From: Schmidtea polychroa
Lineage: Eukaryota
Reading direction: 5' to 3'
DNA: 49,883 nt
NCBI GenBank assembly: GCA_044892525.1
Contig: CM097885.1
Location: 186,200,118-186,250,000, forward strand
The position numbers and the translations under genes were made by a program. Shown here in pieces: positions 40,001-49,000 of this stretch. The notes beneath the pieces were generated by a model. It saw only the letters and a program-made list of their open reading frames with translations, did not search any database and was not told where the DNA came from. Each line of letters begins with the position of its first letter. The first letter of the stretch is position 1.

Positions 40001-43000
40001 CGACAGCTTTACTTTCAGAGTACGATTAGGATCAAAGGCACAATTATCTAATATGGAAAATTTCAAGCCTTTGTGGAGTGAGAAAGTTTCATTGGAAAAG
40101 GTTGGAACAACAACTCTTCAATTGCGAGCTGCATCTATACATCTGAATCGGCCGCATTTGTTGTACAATATTGGTTTAGAGATTAGGCCGGGCAGGGGTA
40201 AACACGTTAAAACAAAGATGATTATATTGACTGCTAGATATTTGTTGGATAACAGAAGCTCTTATCCATTATATTTCATCCAGTATAATTGCAATGACGA
40301 CCAAAGTAATTTGAAATCAAGTATTTTATTATGTAGTTAAATTCCTAATATGAATGCGTTCGATTTGATTCTCATATTAAAAACATACAATATCAATTTG
40401 GTAATTATAAGTTGCAACTGAATCAAATCTTTAATTATTTTAATAATACAATAAAATGATAATTTAAGCCTTTTGCTGCAAATAATGTATTTAATGAAAA
40501 AATTTTCGATTATAAGATACATTATTTGCAGAAAAAGGCTTAAATTATCATTTTATTGTTTTAAATAATGAATGCTGCTATCAAGAAATCATCACTTTAT
40601 ATTTTAATAATAGTTTCATAAATTATTCTTCGATAATTCATAATTATGTCAGCTTGAGCAAATGTTGGTGACCCTCTGATATTGATTTGGGTGTCTTGTT
40701 TGTCTTTGACAGTCATTTGTTTTTATTCTGTAAATTATCTTTAAGAATTTTATTTTTAAATACTATTGGTTAATTCTTAATCACGTATTTGTAAAATTGT
40801 ATAATTATTTCGAACAAATTTTAAACAAATAATTAATCTAATTCGTATGAAAATAGACTTTAAACATTGATTTATCGATACTCCTACACAATGGTGCAAT
40901 CCTTGAATCTGTGCTCCTTTAATCTTTCACTCTTTCTGAAACAGCATGTGAAGCGTAGTATGGACTAATATCACTTCTTCCTTTGTGTACAATTGTTCAT
41001 ATTATAAATGGTTTTTATTTACCTATAAACTGTTTATAAAATTTCAATATTTCATATTGAGATCTGAATTGTTTAACTTTGAACAGATCACGGTTGATCT
41101 TGTGATATATTGATTATTCTGGTCGATTCTCTCTGTTATATTAAATTATTATATGGATAATAAACGAGACTGACAAATCCTCTAAATTTCCATAAAATAA
41201 TTTAGAGATATCCAACTACTAAGTTGGTGAAAAAATAAATTGGCTTTTATATAGATTCAATATAATGTTTTAGATGAAATTTTCTTTTTCAGATAAACCG
41301 ATTATGGCGTTACCTGCGTCTTTCCTTACGTTTCATTGGCCCAGGGATGATTTAGACCAATTATTAACAGTGCAGAAACTTGATTCAAATCATCAGTCTA
41401 TTTCTAAAGTGTCTGGTGGTTTTCAAATTGATGTCTGTAACTCGTTTCATGTATACTTGCGGTAAATATCAATTCAAATCATGATACGGCGTTTAACTCG
41501 CTTTTTTACAGTGGAATCAATAACAATCCTCCTAGTCAACTGCGTGTGACTATAACTTTACAAGGAGCTAGATATAGAGTGGTCTTTACTGATGCTGATG
41601 ATCTTCCATCGCCATATAAATTGGAGAATTTGACTAACCTTCAAGTTTTCTTTTACCAGGATGTATCTGAATCCAGTTGCCGTAAACATTCAGTTCTTCC
41701 TCCCAAAAGTTGCATTCCTTACGCTCTGGATGAGCCTACGCTTCCTCCAAACATCAATCTTTGTATTGAGGTTTTAAATTTTATATATATAATACACGTT
41801 TATTTTACATATTGAAATAGAATCGATTTTCAAAACTTTATTTTAAGTAAATATATTGCAATGTAGCAATTGTCTCACCTTTTCTGCTATAGAACATTAT
41901 TTTTTGTTACATTATTGTGTAATTGTTACATAGTTAATTTAATAATATTGCTATCACTTCATTTTAATCGATAACATTTCATTTTTATTTCGATATTATA
42001 TGAATATCGATTTTACTATTAAATATTATTTCAAATTTATCTGAAAATCGACTTATTGAATAAATCAATAAAATTGTCAAAAAATGTAAATAAATACAAA
42101 TTTTTTAAATTTGCGCTTGTATTCTTTTTTAGTAAAACTATAGGAAGGAGCTAGCTTTACTTTTAAAAAATTTTTTAAGTGGATCTGAAATTGATGTGTC
42201 TTAGTTTTTGTTACAGTCACTGTTGTTACCAGAATGATTTTTGCACAGAATTATGTCACCCCCCTCCGCGTTGCCACCAGAGTGCCGATTGATAGTGGTG
42301 TTGACCGGTAGTGGCCACAAAGTGAATCACTATAATCAATTATTAATTCCATTACACAACACGAACTTTGAATGCATTGCGCACTATATTATTATTATTA
42401 TTAATATTATTATTATTATTATTAATATTGTTGTTATTATTATTTTTATTATTATTATTAATATTGTTATTATTATTGAGAAGGACTATCTTATAGTCGA
42501 AAATTCTTTCATTAAATACATTATTTGCAGCAAAAGGCTTAAATTATCATTTTATTGTTTTATTATTATTGTTGTTATTAATATTATTATTATAAATATT
42601 ATTATTATTATTCACCTTCCGCAAATAAAAAAAAGTGAAAATTAAACAGCAAAATCTATAATAATTGATTAGAATAAGTTTATATTTAGCATTTCATTCC
42701 AATGTGCAAAAGTTCATAATTGTATTGATTAGTTGTTTACATCTAGAAATTATCCAATCATATCTCATCAATTCTCTCATACGATTATCAACACTCCTCC
42801 ATTTCTCTCTCACTTGTTGCTGCTCTCTCTCTGCATCACTGTTAATAGTTGATGTTATCTAAAAAAAATTTTTAAAAATCGATATTTTTTATTTAAAATA
42901 TTTTTTAACTAAAATAATTTTTTTCCCTATTACTATCATTTTTATTAAAAATTCATTGAAATAGATCGAATGTAAAAATGAATTAAATTGATAAATAATG

Positions 43001-46000
43001 CGTAAAGTGTTATGACGCAGATGAATAATGAATTCAGTAACATTTGGATTGTACTAGGAGTGCGTGAGACTAATTTGCTGGCTAATTTGATTTGCAAGTT
43101 ATTTTTATCACAATTCAACCTACTTATCATGGTGTAAACCCTGGATTACGTCTTCCTTTATTCAGTTGATAACATTTTGTCAATTTATTCACGTTTTTGA
43201 GAATTTAATTCAATATGTTGACCGTAATTATTTTCCAAATATTGGTTTTTAATTAAAATTCAGGAGATAGGTAATTTATGTTTTCTACGCAGCTATTAGT
43301 TGAGGGATTTTTGTCATTTAATAAATGTTATTGTGAAACGTTTCACTTTCTTTCAATGGGAATAAAAGTCTAATATTGTCAAGATACTTTCAAAATATTT
43401 GAATATTGTGTTGAATAGATCTTTTTGATAGTGTTTTATTAGTTTCATATTTAGTATATCTGTAAATAATACTTCCATAAATACTAAGTGATGTAGCGCA
43501 TTAGGAAGATGGTGTTTTGGATCAAAATATTTGGAGCCTTTTATTTTCTGTAGTGTATCTCATTCTAATATGTGTTATCATCAGTGAAATCTCCATACAC
43601 CAAATCTCATTGACAGTTATTGGCCCATTTTATTTATTTTTCATTGTTTCTCAATTTCATATATTTAAATAATAGCTGTTTGTAACTATATTTAGTAATT
43701 GAGCAAAATTTAGGCGTTTTCATAGAAATACTAGTTTTATTCTTCTCCTTCGCTCGGGATAGACTCTCTTGTTGATTACCAGTAATGAAGAGCAATGTTG
43801 AGGAACCCTTCAATGAAGGGCCTTCACTCACATTTTGTGCGATTAAAAAGTTGAAAGTTTAAAATAGTACAGTTGATCTAAAAATGGCAGTCAGAATATC
43901 ATGTAACTGTCACGTCGCTACTGCTCATCGTCTGTGAGGAGTTTTTGTGACAGTCGGACACGCCTATTTTCTGTTGGATAGTATAGAACAGTGGTTCCAA
44001 ACCTGGGGGCGATCGAGTGGGTGAATTTTGTTATTTGGAGAGGGCGATAAATTGGACGATGGGTATTCAAAGGGGGAGGATTAAAATATAAAATATATGT
44101 AATAAAACATTTAATAGTAATGAAGCAATGAAGCCTTCGCGAATGAAAGATCATTTATCAAGAGCACATAATGATAAAAATGACTAAAAAATTTAGTTAT
44201 TTTCAACATCTAAAAGCCCAATTTGATAAACGGCCCACTTTGAATGAATTATTTACTAAACGCGAAACCGCCTTGACAAAGGACTATTTGTTTCTTACGA
44301 GATGTGGGGTGGGCGATTCGTAGCAGTAAACCTCCAGAAAGTGGTGATGAGCCAGAAGAGGTTGGGAACCATAGGTGTAGAAGATAAAATTATTAAGAAT
44401 GCCAGTTGTCTAGTTTATAGGTTATCGGTGAGAATGTTCATGTCTCAGTGACTTCGTCGAAAAATATTTGGATTTCTATATTGGTTGTCAGTATCAGTTG
44501 AATAATGTCAACACCGTTAAAATCATTATTGATTCAAATAATTTTTCAAAATAATAAATTATTTGGATAAATCTATGTATAAACGCGTAAAATCTTTGAG
44601 ACAATCACGAATGTTACAACTCCATTTTATCATGGATTAATGGATATCAAAAGACCCATAATAGGAGTAGGAAAATCAATTTTTATGCAATCAAGACTTA
44701 TAAAATGTATATTAGGCAGGGAATCACCATTGTGCGGATTCTCCAGTTATATAAGAATCCATATTCTTGAAGGAGTTAAAATACTATCCCTCACCAAGAA
44801 TATTAATTTCCCATCGTTTGTAATTCATTGCTATTGTTAACCTAAGATATGTGCACTGTTCTATTTAAAACCTTAATGACGTATCTAACAATACATTAAT
44901 AATTAGCTTAACTACCTTTCTGTATGAATTGCTGTAATTGTGTAATTGTCGTCATTAATGGATCAGGCTCAAAGATTCTGTTTACAATTTAATTATTTCC
45001 AATTCTTAATTTGTTCAAATAAATTTTGTAATAATTTATGGCTAATTTCATATTTGAAATTATCTTTTTAAAAATAAAATAGTGTCTGTTAACATTGACC
45101 AGAAAAATGTTTTCATAAATTTTCATTTGAGGAACATCTTAAGTGTTTTATTATAGGGTGGAACTCAATCATGTTATGATATTAATAAGGTAGGTCCTGG
45201 TCCAAATCTATATTATGACAACTTTCTTTACATTGCAATTTGCAATTCCTATGAATCAGATCTAGACAACCTTCTAGTATTTGACGTGGCTCCAAATGGC
45301 AAGAAAGTATTTCTCAATCAGAAAAGTTCGGTCTCACGCTCTCAGTTATGGTACTATTCGTCAAAATTTGAACTGTTCCATGAGGGTTCGATTGCTCCAC
45401 ACGATCCGAAACAGAAACTTGATCGATCGGCAGACAATCATTTGCTGCTTGATGTTGATATCCTAGCTCCGTGTCCATCAAGCTCTCAAAAGCAAATGTA
45501 TCGAATGATTCTAGCGAAAGCTGATCCGAGGCGTGTGAAATATCAACGATGGTTCTTTTCAGAGGTCAGTATTTCATATTTGAGATAAGTTTTGCCATAT
45601 TTTAATTGCAGTACTTGGTGTTTTTGTTATAGATAATTTAGGTGTTGATTTTTTATTTAAATAATTTGCTTTCATTTAGAATTTTTTTTCTATACTATTG
45701 TTTTGAATAAATCATCCAATCCTGTAATTAAATCTCCAACCATATCCAACATAGGTCTGTATAAATTTTCATTAGGAAAAAAATTCGATTATTCGATATC
45801 AAAAGACCGAATTTCGATGCATATTGGACTTATTGAATTTGTTTTGTGCTGGAAATCTTCATGGGGAATTCCAATAAAAATTCTTCAATTACTGTGCAAA
45901 ATATTTGAAATTTTGCTGAAGAGGAAGAAAAATCGTCAACTGGAAATGACTTCTTAAGCTTCAATTATAGTGTTCACTGTATACAAGGATAATTCGGAAT

Positions 46001-49000
46001 GGAGTCCAATTAAGTTTGTATGGGATATTAAATGCCGTATTTATCGACGTTTTGTTAATGGATTGAAAAAGTTCATTATCTTGCACTATATACCTGGGCC
46101 ATAATTACCCTTTACATATCCTCCGGGTTTAATACTATACGATTGTCAGATGCATGTGGTTTTTAGTTACATTATTCTGTGAGGGTTCTGGTCTCCATGA
46201 CTCCAATATTTACTGGTCATTTTTATTTAATAATTTGATTATTGATTTCTATTGTTTCTATTAAAATTTAAATTGTATAACAAACGGAATTCTATTCATA
46301 ATGAATTCGTATAATTTTCACAAATTTGAAATCCGGTTCAAGTTAAAATAACTTTTGTTTTCCGGTTAATTGTGAGTTAATTTCGTGCATTTTGAATCCT
46401 TTTCGGATTTATTCATTTAGGCTATTTTTAACATTTCTTTAACATAGTTATCAAAATTCAAAACATTTCTAATAAAATAAAATTTTATAATAATTATATG
46501 AATATTAATGATGTATTTAATGAAAGAATTTTCGACTATAAGATATGTATGTACGCAATTTAAATATTTTTAAAAAATATTTTCTTTTTTGATTTATATT
46601 CCTAATGATCTTTTAAAAGTATATTTGATCTATATATTTCCTTGCATACATTGCACGTGATGCGATAGACAATGTACATATCTTTCGGTGTCTAGCAATT
46701 TTCCATTGTGCAATTGTTTTCTCTATTTATGTTGTTTGCCAGAGCTTTTCTCAATGTCCAAGATTTATGTGCTATCCGAATTGGAAGACCGGTGCGTTTA
46801 AGTTCTTTCAGGATCTTGAAGTCGAGTATGCTACTGATGAATTGAATATTAAGATAAAAATATTTCTTCTTTTGTGTTAATTCCCTAGATCTTTTTGGGG
46901 TATAATTCATTCTTTCAATGTCCTCACCTTGATATCCATTTCTGTGTAGGATTTTATTGAAATTTGATTGCTGTTTAAAGTGTCTTTCGGTGTCTGGTAG
47001 TTTTCTATTGTGCTTTAAGATATGTGCTTCCGAAAAAACATTGTCCATTGCATCGCGTGCAATATATACAAGGAAATATATATTGGAAGTACACTCAGGA
47101 CCTTGTACCAAAGAGTTAAAGAAAATCTGAATCCTGGTGGGAAATCCTCGGTATACAAACATCTCCAACAATGTCAACCAAGGAAGAAAGAAAAATATTT
47201 CAATCGAAATCGTAGCCAATGGAAACATCCACAAAAAAGTCAGGTGCAAAGAAGCAATTCTCATTATAAACAGACGGCTAATAATCAACAGTACAGAAAA
47301 AATCAATGAAGAAATCAATGAAAAAAGAAAATGAGCACTTAAAAGTTTTGTGACAAAAACTATATGTATCGATGTTTTTTGATACTCACGAATTTTCGGT
47401 ACTGCCTTTTTCAAGTAATTCACTTCAAGAAATTCACTTGAAAAAGCCAATACCGAAAATTCGTGAGTATCAAAAAACATCGATACATATATTATTTGCC
47501 ACAAAACTTTTAAGTGCTCATTTTCTTTCTCGAGGGAGAGTAACGTAAAGTTGATAGTTAAACGATTCTTTAGGTTGTATCAAAAACTATTTTAGTTGAT
47601 TTGGTTAATTTGGATTTACGTATATATTTTAAAACGCTAATTCCGTAATTGTTTTTATTAAAATCGCCTTTTTCGTAAAGTTTGAATATGACAATTCATC
47701 AAAGTAACACTAAAAAAATTTTCTTGAAAAATTTATTATCAACATACGATGATATATTTTGTTTAATATCTGCTATCGTTGATTCACAAATTTACCCATT
47801 TTCCTGTTCACTGCTCTGGTATACTTTTTAATTTAAAGGAAAAGCATTTGCAAAGGAGCTGTTTATCATACATAGAAGTTATTTTGTTTTGTGCCCAACC
47901 AAATTTTCTTGTAATTGTAAATCCTTGTGCATTTAATAGGTATTCGTGTGTTTTATACGTTTATTATATGATTTTTCTTTCATAATTGAAGTGAAGTAAA
48001 TGGTAATAAAGTTAGAAAATTGACGCTAGACAAAAATTAAGAATCTTAGTCATAGTATTGCAGGCAACAATTATAACTACAAATTTTGCTAATCCGTAAA
48101 TCTTTTTATATTCATTTATTGTTTAAATTTGGAAAGAACTATATTTCTAATATATATAATAAACAAATTTCTTTGATTTAGGGTGGAGTTTTAGCCAATA
48201 AACTCGGGATGAAATGTTATATCAATGCCAGTTGCAAAAATGCCGCCGTTTTTGGTGGGTTTGAAACCTTAAATGAATTCTACGCGCCATTGGTATGCAA
48301 AAATTGGTTTAGACCAGGGTCTGGTGAAGTGTTGGTATCTGTGGTTACAGATGGACCTACTCGAGTTATGCAGTTGATTGATAAAGAAGATGAATCTATT
48401 CTTTCACAATCACAATTGGATTTTAATGCTGATTCATCAAAATTTTTAAATATTGAAATACATTTCAGTGTTGAGGGTTTTGGTGTTTTTTTGATCAACC
48501 ATATACCAGAAGAACTTTTATATGCTGTATGTAATAATGTCGATGTAGTCTGGCGTCGTCAATCAAATAAAGATAATTTGCTTGTCATCATCGGGAAAAT
48601 TCAAATAGACAATCAACAAATGGATGCTGGTTATCCTTGTGTAATGTATGAGGAAAACAAATCCGAGAGCCCTTCATCTAATCGTAATGCGTTCTCTTTG
48701 AAATTGCAAAGAGAATTAGGTCACCCATATGATGTACATGTATTCAGCTTTATTCGAGTTACTATTGAATTTGTATGTTAATAAGATTGATTACTTTTAT
48801 AGATGCATATGGCACCGATGTGCATAATTCTAGAAGAAAAAATGCTCCTTAAAACAATGCAAATGTTCTTGTCACCGTCAAAAGAAGCAGAATTACTCGA
48901 AGAAGATTTCAGTAGTTTGCAGCATCAGTCTCATTTTGATGAGGGTCGAAAAATATATATTGGCAATTTGAAATTGCTTACTGGTGTTATTAGTCTTTCA

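Noticed and set aside
42241-42645. 134-aa hydrophobic ORF resembling a membrane protein
   Set aside because: It is the translation of the (ATT)n microsatellite.
46692-47504. 270-aa minus-strand ORF read as a single gene
   Set aside because: It is a chimera of the palindrome arm, antisense GIY-YIG and the inverted Penelope linker.
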